Below are positions 8,389 to 18,072 of a stretch of DNA of 64,000 nt, piece by piece (position 1 is the stretch's first letter; each line of letters starts with the position of its first letter). A model generated the notes under the pieces. It saw only the letters and a program-made list of their open reading frames with translations, ran no database searches and had not been told where the DNA came from. A program made the position numbers and the translations under genes. Origin of the DNA: a virus; UHGV virus genome UHGV-0326994; one strand, 5' to 3'.

Positions 8389-8637
8389 TGCTATGCCTCT
8401 TATAAGACCTCTTAAAAGGCTTTTAAGATAAAAGATAGATATCCAGAAAGATATCTGTTTAAATAGCCTTTTTAGAGGAACCTTTTAAGTAATCTTCTAA
8501 GTATTTATAAGCCTACACCTTGTCAAGTACTTTGTCAACAACTTTTTTAACTTGCAATAGTTCTTGACTTGTTGTATGGATTACTGTACCATCTTACTTA
8601 AAGCTGTAGGTCTGCCTTGTTCTACAAAGGAGACTTA

Positions 8638-8799
8638 ATGAGAAAATCAAACAACCCGAAGAAAGGTAAGAATACCAATCACTGTAAGGAATCAAAAAGG
8701 GTAGAATTAATCTACTATTCATCCTCTGAAATTGGTCTGTACCTGTTCTTTCAAAATTACAGAAGACAAGAGGATTATCTATGTGTAGTTCCCAATTAG
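8638..8799 (+). CDS. hypothetical small protein
   Basis: ATG at 8638 preceded by AAGGAGA; first plus-strand gene after divergent intergenic region. Confidence 0.3.
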   Translation: MRKSNNPKKGKNTNHCKESKRVELIYYSSSEIGLYLFFQNYRRQEDYLCVVPN

Positions 8800-9014
8800 A
8801 AATCGCAGATATTATAGATTTATATCAAACTGCAAAGAGTCATGGCTATATAACCTCAATTGGAAAGAATAGTCACTATGATGCTTTGACTGGAATGTAT
8901 TTCAGGGCAATGGCTCAATCTAGTGAACAGCACTTGATGGTTTCTTCCAGTGAGTTTACTTCGTTTCTCTATTGCAGCAAAATTATAAATCGCAGGAGAA
9001 CTGAAAAATGCTAA
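8781..9014 (+). CDS. hypothetical protein (77 aa)
   Basis: ORF track; AGAGGA RBS. Confidence 0.4.
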   Translation: MCSSQLEIADIIDLYQTAKSHGYITSIGKNSHYDALTGMYFRAMAQSSEQHLMVSSSEFTSFLYCSKIINRRRTEKC

Positions 9015-9598
9015 CAGTAAGTTTTAATTATAATAGTGACGGCTCTGTATCAATTAATTCACCATATGCAAATGACCTACTTAAAGAGCTAGTTAATCAG
9101 TGTGATAGAGGTCTTCACTATGTCCCAAATTCTTTCAAACAGAAGACTATTGCTAATAACTTAATGCGTGTGACGGTTACAACATCAAACCCAGACTATG
9201 ACATTGGTAGTGAAAGCCCTTACTCTTTAGTGGCTCTTGGGGAATGCAGTCAATTCAAGCTCGTATGTCATGACTCAGAAACATTTCTTAAGGTATTTTC
9301 CAGCCTTATTCACAATAATAAGTATGGGTACGTTGACGGTAGTGTAAACTTCTATCCAGCAAACTATACATGCCTATTGATTGATAATATGAGAAGTAAC
9401 AAACATGAACCTACAGAAATTTCATTTGATGTGAACTCTAGTCCAGACGCAGAAACAAGTAACAACTTTGATATGAGTTACGCACTATCACTTAGTAAAA
9501 AATCCGAGTTCATTGATTATGTCAATGGATTTGGTTTTAAGTTTGACGAGAGTATGAATCTCAAAAAGCTTAAGAACCTACTTAAGACTAAAGCTTAA
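9008..9598 (+). CDS. hypothetical protein (196 aa)
   Basis: ORF track; GGAG RBS; hairpin terminator follows at 9607-9630. Confidence 0.55.
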   Translation: MLTVSFNYNSDGSVSINSPYANDLLKELVNQCDRGLHYVPNSFKQKTIANNLMRVTVTTSNPDYDIGSESPYSLVALGECSQFKLVCHDSETFLKVFSSLIHNNKYGYVDGSVNFYPANYTCLLIDNMRSNKHEPTEISFDVNSSPDAETSNNFDMSYALSLSKKSEFIDYVNGFGFKFDESMNLKKLKNLLKTKA

Positions 9599-9606
9599 GT
9601 GTAAAT

Positions 9607-9630
9607 AGGGGCTAGTGCCCCTTTATCTAT
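9607..9630 (+). terminator. intrinsic terminator
   Basis: Hairpin AGGGGCTAGTGCCCCT followed by T-rich run. Confidence 0.5.
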
Positions 9631-9645
9631 TTATAAGGATATTTA

Positions 9646-10017
9646 ATGAAGGCTAAGAGTGCAAAAGACTTTTATTGCTTCCTACAATCCTATATCCGCT
9701 CCGTGGAGAATGGTGAAAGATATAATCTTAATGATGTTATTGCATCACCTTTAACATGGAGACTAAGTAGATGGCCTGAAGAAGATATCACACCAACTAG
9801 CGAACAACCTACCTACAACCCAGATATTAATCTCCCAGATTCAGATAAGTTACTGTACCCAATGTTCCACATTGTCGGACTTGGCACGTTTCTTATGGAT
9901 ATTCAGTATGTAATTGGTAAAGGTTATAAGGTCGAAGGTATCGTTGTTGGTGATGTATCTCCACAACATAAAGGCTATTTTAGATTAAACGCACGTTTAG
10001 AGGCTAAAAAGAAATGA
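9646..10017 (+). CDS. hypothetical protein, paralog of the N-terminal domain of the downstream Ig-like protein
   Basis: About 120 aa align with the first 120 aa of ORF 10014-11396 (shared W-PE-DI, DLLY, FMDLQY-I-GK motifs). Confidence 0.55.
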   Translation: MKAKSAKDFYCFLQSYIRSVENGERYNLNDVIASPLTWRLSRWPEEDITPTSEQPTYNPDINLPDSDKLLYPMFHIVGLGTFLMDIQYVIGKGYKVEGIVVGDVSPQHKGYFRLNARLEAKKK

Positions 10018-11396
10018 TTAAAGCAAAGACTTACCCAGACTTCAAAGAGTTCGTAAAGGGTTTCGTTGCAAATGTAAAGGCTGGTAAGAGGTATGATTTT
10101 AGAACATATCAAGAGGCTATTTTGCCACTTACTTATAGTTCGTATTGGCCTGAAGCTGATATTGCAGAAGTTGAGAAGTTTGACTACAAACCAGACTACA
10201 AAGTCCCATTTAGAGATGATTTGCTTTACAGCATCGGTGCTCAAATGAGAACTTCTGATTTCTTCATGGATTTGCAATACGCAATTATCAATGGTAAAGA
10301 CGTTGATACTGTTTATTGTGAATGGCTGGCAAGAGTTAAACCATTCTCAATGTTAAATGCTAAGCTGAAAGATGCCATTAAACCACCAGCAATCACTCAG
10401 CAACCAACAAATCAAACAGTCAATGAGGGTGGTAAACTTACCCTTAGTGTTGTTGCATCTAATGCCACTGGCTATCAGTGGAAGAAGGATGGTGAGGACA
10501 TCTCCAGTGCCACCTCTGCAACTTACACAAAACAGTCAGTGGTTCCTTCTGATGCTGGTTCATACACTTGTGTTGTATCTGGAGAGGGTGGAACAAGTGT
10601 CACATCAGATGCAGCAACAGTTACTGTGAATGCCTTACCAGTGATTACTAAGCAACCTTCTAACCAGACTATCAATGAAGGTGGAAACATCAGCTTAGCA
10701 GTTACTGCAACAGGTGCAACTGGTTACCAGTGGAAGAAAGATGGTTCTGACATCCCTTCAGCTACAAAGGCCACATATAGCAAATCTGGTGCACTTCCAG
10801 CAGATGCTGGTTCCTATACTTGCGTTGTAACAGGTGCTGGAGGTTCTGTCACTTCTAACCCTGCAACCGTTACTGTAAAAGCTTTACCAGTTATCACTCA
10901 ACAGCCAACTGCAAAAACGGTTAACGAGGGTGGTACGCTAACCCTTAATATCGCTGCAACTGGTGCAACAGGCTACCAGTGGAGCAAAGATAACGTAAAT
11001 ATTGAGGGAGCAAAATCTGCAACCTTTACCAAAGCTAGTGTAACACCTGCTGATGCTGGGTCTTACAAATGTACGGTAACTGGCGCAGGTGGAAATGTAG
11101 TCTCTAACGCTGCTGTAGTCACTGTTAATGCGCTTCCTGTAATCACTCAACAACCAGCCAATCAGGAAATCACTGAAGGTGAGACCTTAACTCTGAATGT
11201 TGTGGCAACAGGTGCAACAGGTTATCAGTGGAAGAAGGGTGGCACGAACATTCCTAGTGCAACTGCTGCAACTTACACCAAAGAGAGTGCAACCACTGAT
11301 GATGCAGGAAGCTACACTTGTGTAGTTACTGGCGCAGGTGGCTCTGTAACATCTAGTGCGGCAACAGTTACAGTTAACCCAGCAGGGGAGGCATAA
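10014..11396 (+). CDS. Ig-like (BIG-type) repeat protein with five tandem domains
   Basis: Five 84-aa repeats (PVITQQP-NQT-NEGG...ATGATGYQWKKDG...DAGSYTCVVTGAGGSVTS) after a 120-aa N-domain. Confidence 0.7.
   Translation: MIKAKTYPDFKEFVKGFVANVKAGKRYDFRTYQEAILPLTYSSYWPEADIAEVEKFDYKPDYKVPFRDDLLYSIGAQMRTSDFFMDLQYAIINGKDVDTVYCEWLARVKPFSMLNAKLKDAIKPPAITQQPTNQTVNEGGKLTLSVVASNATGYQWKKDGEDISSATSATYTKQSVVPSDAGSYTCVVSGEGGTSVTSDAATVTVNALPVITKQPSNQTINEGGNISLAVTATGATGYQWKKDGSDIPSATKATYSKSGALPADAGSYTCVVTGAGGSVTSNPATVTVKALPVITQQPTAKTVNEGGTLTLNIAATGATGYQWSKDNVNIEGAKSATFTKASVTPADAGSYKCTVTGAGGNVVSNAAVVTVNALPVITQQPANQEITEGETLTLNVVATGATGYQWKKGGTNIPSATAATYTKESATTDDAGSYTCVVTGAGGSVTSSAATVTVNPAGEA
10378..11390 (+). 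repeat. five tandem copies of a 252-bp coding repeat (Ig-like domains)
   Basis: Periodic recurrence of ...ggttaccagtggaagaa...gatgctggttc...tacacttg... visible in DNA and protein. Confidence 0.7.
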
Positions 11397-11860
11397 TGCA
11401 ACTCTCAAGAAAAGGTTTAGACGCTATTAAGTTCTTCGAAGGTCTGAAGTTAGAAGCTTACGAAGACTCTGCCGGAATCCCAACAATTGGGTATGGGACA
11501 ATCCGTATTAACGGAAAACCTGTTAAGATGGGAATGAAAATTACTGCTGAACAAGCTGAACAGTATCTTCTCGCGGATGTTGAGAAGTTTGTTGCAGCAG
11601 TGAACAAAGCTATCAAGGTTCCAACTACTCAGAACGAGTTCGATGCACTTGTAAGTGAAACATACAACATCGGTATCACAGCTATGCAGGATTCTACATT
11701 TATCAAGCGCCACAACGCTGGTAATAAGGTAGGTTGTGCAGAAGCTATGCAGTGGTGGAACAAGGTTACAGTCAAAGGTCAGAAGGTCACTTCAAATGGA
11801 CTGAAAAACAGACGCAGAATGGAAGCTGACATTTATCTTGACAGTGTATACCCAAAGTAA
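11396..11860 (+). CDS. endolysin, GH24 phage lysozyme family
   Basis: N-terminal EGLKLEAYEDSAGIPTIGYG catalytic motif typical of T4/lambda-type lysozymes; GGAGG RBS; terminator downstream. Confidence 0.8.
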   Translation: MQLSRKGLDAIKFFEGLKLEAYEDSAGIPTIGYGTIRINGKPVKMGMKITAEQAEQYLLADVEKFVAAVNKAIKVPTTQNEFDALVSETYNIGITAMQDSTFIKRHNAGNKVGCAEAMQWWNKVTVKGQKVTSNGLKNRRRMEADIYLDSVYPK

Positions 11861-11870
11861 TATCTTCATA

Positions 11871-11894
11871 GGCTCCTTCGGGAGCCTTTTTTAT
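11871..11894 (+). terminator. intrinsic terminator
   Basis: Hairpin GGCTCCTTCGGGAGCC followed by TTTTTT. Confidence 0.6.
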
Positions 11895-11911
11895 TTTCTA
11901 AGGAGAAAACT

Positions 11912-12310
11912 ATGAAGCTTTGGGCTAGTGACTTTGGGACTTTTAAGTACACCCGTAATGGTTCAATGGTGAGAATCATTGGCAGCCAGATTGTAGTAAA
12001 TGGTGATGAGGTTTCTACAAAGTTCACTGTAGAGTTAGCTGAGCTATCACCTATTACCCGTGCTAAAGATGGGCTTTTCAGGTTCGAGATTTACAAAGTA
12101 GATGAGTATGGTCGTTTCAACCCTCTTGGAGAAAGTGGATTAGATATTATTTCTGAACACCCATTGACAGCAGAGCAATTGTCAGGTTACTATAAAACCA
12201 TCCTTGAAAGAGAGTTAGCAACTCATGAGTGTGAAGCAAGATACCATATTGAACGTTGCGAAACACTCAAAGAAAAGATAAAACTAGCAGAGAGAGGTTT
12301 TTATGAATAA
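11912..12310 (+). CDS. hypothetical protein (132 aa)
   Basis: ORF track; AAGGAGA RBS. Confidence 0.55.
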   Translation: MKLWASDFGTFKYTRNGSMVRIIGSQIVVNGDEVSTKFTVELAELSPITRAKDGLFRFEIYKVDEYGRFNPLGESGLDIISEHPLTAEQLSGYYKTILERELATHECEARYHIERCETLKEKIKLAERGFYE

Positions 12311-12698
12311 TAACAGTCATATCCATGTTAAAGTTGATGCCAGTCGTTACAGCGAAAATGAAGAATTAGACCTGAAAGATGCTATTCTTTTTGAGAAGAA
12401 TGGTAACCTTCATTTGCATTTTGAAGGTACAAACACATATCTCCACAGATGCCGAGATGATGCCGATGGTTGTCCTGTTTTTGCTTGGTACAATTTAGAG
12501 TTCCCTCTTTATGCAATCCACTACCCAGATGGTGGAGAGGACTGGACTACTCAATCAATCTTTGATGAGCTTAATGGTGTTCCAGTTGAGCAAGAAGAGC
12601 AAGAACCTGTTGAACTAACCTTCACCTTCATCAAAGAAGAGAAGGTAGGTGATTTGTCTGTAACTGAAGCAATTCAAGTCTCACAGGTTATTCGTTAA
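12303..12698 (+). CDS. hypothetical protein (131 aa)
   Basis: ORF track; start overlaps stop of upstream gene. Confidence 0.5.
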   Translation: MNNNSHIHVKVDASRYSENEELDLKDAILFEKNGNLHLHFEGTNTYLHRCRDDADGCPVFAWYNLEFPLYAIHYPDGGEDWTTQSIFDELNGVPVEQEEQEPVELTFTFIKEEKVGDLSVTEAIQVSQVIR

Positions 12699-12991
12699 TG
12701 AGTAAAGTACAGGTTATTTTCCCTATTTGTGACTTCTCACTAGAGCGTGAACTTGACCTGTACGAAGAAATTACTGACGAAATCATCTGGTCTGTTGTAG
12801 AAGAGGCTATCAAGAAACTGTATGGTGGCCTCTTAAATCCATCAAGTAAAAAGCTCAACACCAAACAAGTAGCTGATACGTACACTTCATATGATGCCTA
12901 CAACAAACCTTTTGAAAATACCTGCTTTGACCTTATGGTAGGTAATAATAAAGTCAACTATTTCTTCGTCAGAGAGTTTAACGATGAGTAA
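12698..12991 (+). CDS. hypothetical protein (97 aa)
   Basis: ORF track; overlapping start/stop arrangement. Confidence 0.45.
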   Translation: MSKVQVIFPICDFSLERELDLYEEITDEIIWSVVEEAIKKLYGGLLNPSSKKLNTKQVADTYTSYDAYNKPFENTCFDLMVGNNKVNYFFVREFNDE

Positions 12992-13328
12992 GCTCCATGT
13001 CACAGTGTACAAAAACTTCTCAGATATCAAAGAGTCTTTAACCAACAAGCTTGACTTACAACGGAAAAGACTCTTTTTAATGTATGACATCGACAACTAC
13101 AACCATCCTAAAGAGTTTAACTACAAAGATGGTACAAAGGTCGTTGAATTTGAAGATTCTGTAACGGTGTATGTTAAACACGACTTACCAGCAAAGTACA
13201 TAGGCATGTTAGAGTACTATATATTCAAACATACTGGTATGCGTGGTGAATCTGTCAAGATATCTTCTATAGAAGTTTTTGAGAAACCAAACACACAACT
13301 TAAAAAATATTTAATGAGGAAACTGTAA
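12984..13328 (+). CDS. hypothetical protein (114 aa)
   Basis: ORF track. Confidence 0.45.
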   Translation: MSKLHVTVYKNFSDIKESLTNKLDLQRKRLFLMYDIDNYNHPKEFNYKDGTKVVEFEDSVTVYVKHDLPAKYIGMLEYYIFKHTGMRGESVKISSIEVFEKPNTQLKKYLMRKL

Positions 13329-13909
13329 TGTCCGAAGAGCAACAAAGTATCACTCCACAAGTGACATTAGTACAACATTTTGGAAACATTGAAGGGTGTA
13401 TTGCACTTTTTCAACCAAACATCAATTCTCCTGCAAAAGTCTGTAAGTTGACTATGAATGTCAACAATATCAGTGTTTGTCTTGTTGATGAAGTCCAATA
13501 CTTCAAATTCAATGACAGAGAGGTTGATGCTGCACTATTGAAGTATCGAGCAAGCCTCGAAAAAGACATTGACCATAAAGAACTTGTAACACTGTTTGGT
13601 GACCTACACAAGCTTCTTGAAAAGGTTATGAAGCGCACATACTACATGAACAATGGTTCAATTATCACCACTTTGATTTCACCATGTATCTCAGAACCTA
13701 TCCTGACTGATGATGGTGGGTATTACGTGGTAGCATCAGCAGATTCTGATTGGTGGATGAAAAATACAGCACTGAAGACGGTTATTGAGGCTATTCGTGA
13801 ACACATCCCTTCATTTAGCCCGTGGAAAGGTAAAGGTGACGAGTTTATCGCACTATTGAGTGAAGAGAGCAACAAACGCAGTGCATTACTGCCTAAAAAA
13901 TACTCTTGA
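13328..13909 (+). CDS. hypothetical protein (193 aa)
   Basis: ORF track; start overlaps upstream stop. Confidence 0.5.
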   Translation: MSEEQQSITPQVTLVQHFGNIEGCIALFQPNINSPAKVCKLTMNVNNISVCLVDEVQYFKFNDREVDAALLKYRASLEKDIDHKELVTLFGDLHKLLEKVMKRTYYMNNGSIITTLISPCISEPILTDDGGYYVVASADSDWWMKNTALKTVIEAIREHIPSFSPWKGKGDEFIALLSEESNKRSALLPKKYS

Positions 13910-13992
13910 CCGAGTATACAGTACTGATTATGATGGGAGCTATTGAGAGGTAGTTCCCTTTTTAGTTTCTAGAGAAACACTACGGTGAAAGA

Positions 13993-14211
13993 ATGAAAAA
14001 ACTAACTACAGTTGAAGATTACTACAAACTGTCTCTATTAGAACAGTATCGTAGAAGCCAGAACATAAGAAAGTGCTATGGTAAACACGCTGAAGGTGAC
14101 TTCTACCATTGCTACGATGCAGATTTAAAAGGTGTAACACCTAGAGGGAAAGTCCTGCAAAGGCTTGTTGACCTTGAGTGGAATAAACGATTGAGAGGGA
14201 TTGGGAAATGA
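13993..14211 (+). CDS. hypothetical protein (72 aa)
   Basis: ORF track. Confidence 0.4.
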   Translation: MKKLTTVEDYYKLSLLEQYRRSQNIRKCYGKHAEGDFYHCYDADLKGVTPRGKVLQRLVDLEWNKRLRGIGK

Positions 14212-14711
14212 TTTACGAAGAAAGATACAAAATAGATTACCAGAAGACTGGTCATCATACTTCTCTTAGAGTAACCAAACCAAATGGAGATACTGGTATC
14301 ATAGCACATTTTGGTGGTGATTATTGGTACGGTACAGGTTGCTTTGAAGGCTACACTCAAGAATACTTGAAAGCTTTTTACAGGGACTTTACAAACGACT
14401 ACAACAGAGTTGTTGAAGAGAAGAATAAGTGTATTAAGCATGAACACTATGCCAAAGGTTGTCTAAGTACGGTGATGGTTCTGGCATTCTTCTTAGCAAT
14501 GTTATTAGTAGTGTCAGCAATCAGTTCCATAGCTCAAGACTTGACCATTGCACAGATTACTTCAAAGCTGCATGATATTTGGTACTTGTACGCTGTTCCT
14601 TTAGCTGGTATCATCATCTCACTAATGAGATTCAGAGTTCATAAGAAGCGACTTAAGGACTCGGAGATTAAACTTGAAGAGGTAAGTAAAGAATGCAACC
14701 TACAATTATAG
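14208..14711 (+). CDS. hypothetical membrane protein (two C-terminal TM segments)
   Basis: Hydrophobic stretches VMVLAFFLAMLLVVSAISSI and YLYAVPLAGIIISL. Confidence 0.5.
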   Translation: MIYEERYKIDYQKTGHHTSLRVTKPNGDTGIIAHFGGDYWYGTGCFEGYTQEYLKAFYRDFTNDYNRVVEEKNKCIKHEHYAKGCLSTVMVLAFFLAMLLVVSAISSIAQDLTIAQITSKLHDIWYLYAVPLAGIIISLMRFRVHKKRLKDSEIKLEEVSKECNLQL

Positions 14712-14787
14712 CTGTATGTGTTCGTTTTGCAATCGCTGAAATGATTAACAAGGCAATCTTAAAAGATGCCTATGGAGAGACTAAGTA

Positions 14788-15012
14788 ATGATTAAGACAC
14801 CTGTACCAATTTTTGGATTTCCTTCTATAGAAGAGTTCAAAGTTTATCTTGACAAAAACTTCTACAATGAGCAGCCTGTTACTTTACTGAAGAGTGACTT
14901 ATCAGAACTTCTTGATATGGTTATCAAGGCAACTTCTGAGAAGGAACCTGAACAGAAAGCTGAGAAGAAGACTAGTAAGAAATCCGATAAGAAGACTGAA
15001 AAGTCTGAGTAA
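14788..15012 (+). CDS. hypothetical protein (74 aa), Lys/Glu-rich C-terminus
   Basis: ORF track; GGAGAG RBS. Confidence 0.45.
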   Translation: MIKTPVPIFGFPSIEEFKVYLDKNFYNEQPVTLLKSDLSELLDMVIKATSEKEPEQKAEKKTSKKSDKKTEKSE

Positions 15013-15064
15013 CGGTTTAGGGGGTTACTTGATAGCCCCTTTGTAGAACTTAGAAGGTAGCGAA

Positions 15065-15529
15065 ATGAAAATTAAAGAAGTAGTCCAAAAAGCAATGCTT
15101 AATAATTCAACTAAAGATGAAATGTACAAAGAGATTTGTGATAAGTTGAATTGTTCAAGACATGCTGCTAAGGCTCTTGTACATTGTTTTATCTGGGAAT
15201 GCTCAGAAGCTTATATGCAATATGTAGCATTTGAAAGTTCTCACTTACTAGGTGATGTAGAAGCTGGTGAGAAGCTAAAAGAATCTGAAGTGAAAACAGT
15301 TCCTAGAGTTGGTAATACATACCATCTTAAAGATTTCAAGACTGGAAAGATTGTTGCAAAGGGTGTAGTAGAGTTTGTCTATCATGACGGTAAATACTTA
15401 CTTAAAATATTTGAGTATGATAGCCACTACACACACTTGTGTGGTCTTACACTCTTAGTGACAGAAGAAGACCTCATCAAAAACAATGACAACAAGTTTG
15501 CAGTCCCAGATTACCAAGTTTTACGATAA
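15065..15529 (+). CDS. hypothetical protein (154 aa)
   Basis: ORF track. Confidence 0.45.
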   Translation: MKIKEVVQKAMLNNSTKDEMYKEICDKLNCSRHAAKALVHCFIWECSEAYMQYVAFESSHLLGDVEAGEKLKESEVKTVPRVGNTYHLKDFKTGKIVAKGVVEFVYHDGKYLLKIFEYDSHYTHLCGLTLLVTEEDLIKNNDNKFAVPDYQVLR

Positions 15530-15542
15530 TGGTGTGATAGTT

Positions 15543-16091
15543 ATGGAAAAAGATAACTTAAAAGAAGTTGAAGGTAACTACCTAGTACTTGACTGGAGTG
15601 ATGTTAGAGAAGCACTTTCTAAAGAAAGTCTTGGCATACTAGAACAGCTTGTCTTCTCGGTACGACATATCAGAGAAGTGAAGAATGGTAAAGAGCCACT
15701 TGAAGGAATCTTTGTAGAAAAGTCTTATCCATTCTATGAAGACACTTTACAGAAAGTTAAAATGTACTTTAAACAGAAGAACCGTAAAGTGGTCACTATG
15801 GTATCTCTTGGTGGACAGAATATGTCTGTGATGGAAGATATCAACCCTAAGAGACCGAGTAAAGGTGTTTGTATAAAAATCACAGGTCATGAAGAGTATA
15901 TCTCAGTGGATGACTTTAGTGCATTCTGTAATGGCTCTTGTGTCTTTAATGGTTTTCACTATGATATCCGAGTGTACCCAATCAAGGGAGATGATATCAT
16001 GATGCAGGTATTCGATAACAACAATGGATTCACTCATTTTTATCAGACCACCAAGTCATCACTAAAGACAGTTCTGGAAACACTGACTTAA
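15543..16091 (+). CDS. hypothetical protein
   Basis: ORF 15486-16091; start moved to MEKDNLK to avoid a 44-nt overlap; last plus-strand gene before the ORF-free region. Confidence 0.45.
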   Translation: MEKDNLKEVEGNYLVLDWSDVREALSKESLGILEQLVFSVRHIREVKNGKEPLEGIFVEKSYPFYEDTLQKVKMYFKQKNRKVVTMVSLGGQNMSVMEDINPKRPSKGVCIKITGHEEYISVDDFSAFCNGSCVFNGFHYDIRVYPIKGDDIMMQVFDNNNGFTHFYQTTKSSLKTVLETLT

Positions 16092-16639
16092 AATATCTTA
16101 AGAGCCTCCTTAATTGGGGGCTTTTTAATTTTTATAAAATTTTATCGGTTGTCCCAACCTCTGGGTCACCATCATATGTGAACAAAATATCTACCCTTCT
16201 TAACAACCTTCTTAATCTTACTCTCTATATAGTTATATAGTACTATATAGTATCTTAGTATCTATCTAGTGGTCTTAATAGCCATCTGTATAACCCTTCT
16301 AACTAGCCCTCTAAACACTCTTCTAACAAGCCTTCTTAACAACCTATACAATCACCTTAACCACCTCTCTATACCCTCTTAGAAGCTCCTATACACCTCT
16401 TAATCTCTATGTCAGCTATGATACCCTCTATAGGTGTTCACTAGGTATTACTAAGCCTCTATATAGACTGTTTTAACAAACTTAACAGGAATATCTTTAC
16501 AGACCTTATCTCACAAGGTCTAACACGGTACTAACAAGGTATCTTATAAGCCTGTTTCCACCTGTATTTTTAAAAGACTGTCTAGGTAATTATTCAGAAT
16601 TTTAAAATTTTTATAAAATAGGACTATCAAGTCATTTTT

Positions 16640-17300
16640 TAGGGTCTTTGAAGGAACTGAAAAATATCTGTAGAAGATGTATATCTGCTTGGTAGCCCTT
16701 AACATCCCTGTAACATCCCCTTTGCAGAATTTTAAAATATCCTTAACAATCTCTTAACAGCTCTTACACCTTCTTAACATCTCTTCAGAGGTCTTAACAG
16801 TTTCTTAACAGGACTAACAAGGGTGTAACAAGTTCTTAACAAGTGCTGAATAGTCTTTACAGAGGCTTAACAGATGACTAACAAGAGCTAACAAGTTAAT
16901 TTTTAAGAGTTATTTTGTTAAGAAAATTAACAAGTTCCTAACAAGTGTTTAATCTTTTTAACAAGCTATTAACATGGTCACTATCTCTTTCTTATCGTTC
17001 CCTTCCCCTTCTCAGTGATTCTCTAAACATACCTCTTAAAAGCTCTCTATAGCTCTTTATAAGCCCTTTTAAGCCTCTTCCTAGTATCTACACCCCAACT
17101 GTACAGATACCTTTTTATAGAGCTTTACAGGAGCTTTAAAGGCTATGTCAAAGACTCTTACAAGGCTTTTACGTGGTCTTAACAGAGATTTAACAAGGGG
17201 CTAACAAGTTGCTAACAAGTGCCTTGAAAGAATAACTATGTAGGGATTGTTAAGAAATTGTTAAGAAAATGTTAAGGGGGCTAGCATTTACGTAACTTTT
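16640..17300. repeat. dense array of short degenerate repeats ((C)TTAACA(A/G), CTAACAAG, TTGTTAAG) in an ORF-free region
   Basis: More than a dozen copies by eye within about 650 bp; no ORF of 60 aa or more between 16092 and 17570. Confidence 0.6.
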
Positions 17301-17693
17301 AAGCTACTTCAAAGTAACTTTATAGCCCCTATAACATACTTTTTAGTGACTATCAAGGGGATTGTTTAACTATTCACAAGATACTAACGAGATAATAAAG
17401 CTTATAACCTTATAAGATTCTTTTAAGCCTCTATAAAGCCCTGTAAAGAGCTTTTTAGGGTGAGTTAATGCAATCCCTTAAGTTAGGTTGATAAGGCTGT
17501 TATAGCGCTTTATAGAGCGTTTAAGGGATTGGTAACAATACCAATTAGTGGGCCATCCCCTTTCTGGGGTTATTGGCTTGTATTTAAGTTGATTTGATAA
17601 AAGGCTATAGAGTAGACTATAGAGTTATTGCTTTTAAGGTCTGATAAGATTCTGAAAAGGTGAGGAAAGGGATTGTATAAGGATTGGATAGAT

Positions 17694-17720
17694 GTAAAAA
17701 AGCCCCTGTGAGGGGCTGTA
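17694..17720 (-). terminator. intrinsic terminator closing the minus-strand block
   Basis: Hairpin GCCCCTGTGAGGGGC with T-run on minus strand; second hairpin GGGGCTAAATAGCCCC at 17732-17747. Confidence 0.55.
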
Positions 17721-17757
17721 TAAAGGTATCTGGGGCTAAATAGCCCCGTTGCGTCGA

Positions 17758-18006
17758 TTAGTTGCAACCTTGCTTATTGTAGTACAGGGAGACAATCAAA
17801 TCACCCCAATAATGGTAATGATACTCATCGTTCAACGCCTCTTTTACTGCATCTTTCCAGAAGTCATCAGTGGGGTTATAGTCTGGGATAACTTGCTTGA
17901 TAACTGTCTTCACTAATGAAAAGCATTCATCAGTTCCACCAATATCAAATTTAACGTCCAGAGTGTAGCAGCCATAAGAATTTACAATTGCGCGGATAGT
18001 TGCCAT
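17758..18006 (-). CDS. hypothetical small protein (82 aa)
   Basis: ORF track; conserved leader ...ctggagattctaaaATG upstream. Confidence 0.5.
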   Translation of the reverse strand: MATIRAIVNSYGCYTLDVKFDIGGTDECFSLVKTVIKQVIPDYNPTDDFWKDAVKEALNDEYHYHYWGDLIVSLYYNKQGCN

Positions 18007-18072
18007 TTTAGAATCTCCAGTTTAGGATTTTATTTAGTGGGGAAGGTCATTCCCTCCCCGTTGATTAGTAAT
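18007..18072 (-). repeat. conserved intergenic element, type A (hairpin GGGGAGGGAATGACCTTCCCC plus RBS leader)
   Basis: Near-identical copies at 18337, 18933, 19495, 21055, 21921. Confidence 0.65.

Noticed and set aside
16092-17757. Possible CRISPR array in the repeat-dense non-coding region
   Set aside because: Repeats are short (6-9 bp), degenerate and irregularly spaced; there are no 25-40-bp identical direct repeats with unique spacers and no cas genes
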